Positions 63,790 through 64,000 of a stretch of DNA of 64,000 nucleotides are shown one piece after another. Source of the DNA: Lama glama (Eukaryota); contig CM052825.1 in NCBI GenBank assembly GCA_028534125.1, positions 6,820,001 through 6,884,000 of the forward strand. The letters run 5' to 3'. Made by a program: the position numbers and the translations under genes. Every line of letters starts with the position of its first letter. The stretch's first letter is position 1. Below the pieces are notes generated by a model that made no database searches, was not told where the DNA came from, and saw only the letters and a list, made by a program, of their open reading frames with translations.

Positions 63790-63920
63790 GGCATCAGACC
63801 AATTTGGCCTGGATCCCAGCCCTGGCTCTACCACTAAGTCACTGTACTCTCCAACCTCAGTTTCCTCATCTGTAAAATGGAGACAGCAGCACCTGCCCCA
63901 GAGTGCTTAGTAAGACAGAA
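63790..63920 (+). mobile_element. MIR SINE
   Basis: 'cctcagtttcctcatctgtaaaatggaga' core. Confidence 0.75.
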
Positions 63921-64000
63921 CCCTGGAAAAGTAAACGAGATGGGCTACATGGGAGGGTGGGACCCAGCAGAGCAGCTGGACTGCAGGTGGCAAGGAGAAC

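Overview
Mammalian genomic DNA, almost certainly camelid (Camelus/Vicugna/Lama), judged from a vic-1-type tRNA-derived SINE at ~6.3 kb. It holds four co-oriented minus-strand, multi-exon genes, which I reconstructed exon by exon from GT/AG junctions and reading-frame continuity. POLR2J (RPB11) exons 1-3 lie at 3183->269, with the last exon left of the window. RASA4 (CAPRI, a Ca2+-promoted Ras GAP) spans 29984->8163 with 21 exons; exon 15 and part of exon 16 fall in a 500-N gap. UPK3BL1 (uroplakin 3B-like/UPK3c) spans 46504->42719 (6 exons, 253 aa) and UPK3B spans 61499->57670 (6 exons, 273 aa). This is the single-copy, mouse-like UPK3B-UPK3BL-RASA4-POLR2J arrangement, which in human is split and segmentally duplicated. 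The remainder is introns and intergenic DNA with ancient repeats (MIR, L2, L1M, MER20/MER3/MER5/MER53/MER58, MLT1, MER21, solo LTRs), two CpG-island promoters and three assembly gaps. I found no convincing novel gene system. The best leads are regulatory or structural: two consensus CTCF sites, GRHL motifs at the UPK3BL promoter, MEF2/E-box clusters in RASA4 introns, a MER53 hairpin, and a CpG-rich UPK3B 3' UTR. Repeat family names and human/mouse comparisons are from memory, not database searches.
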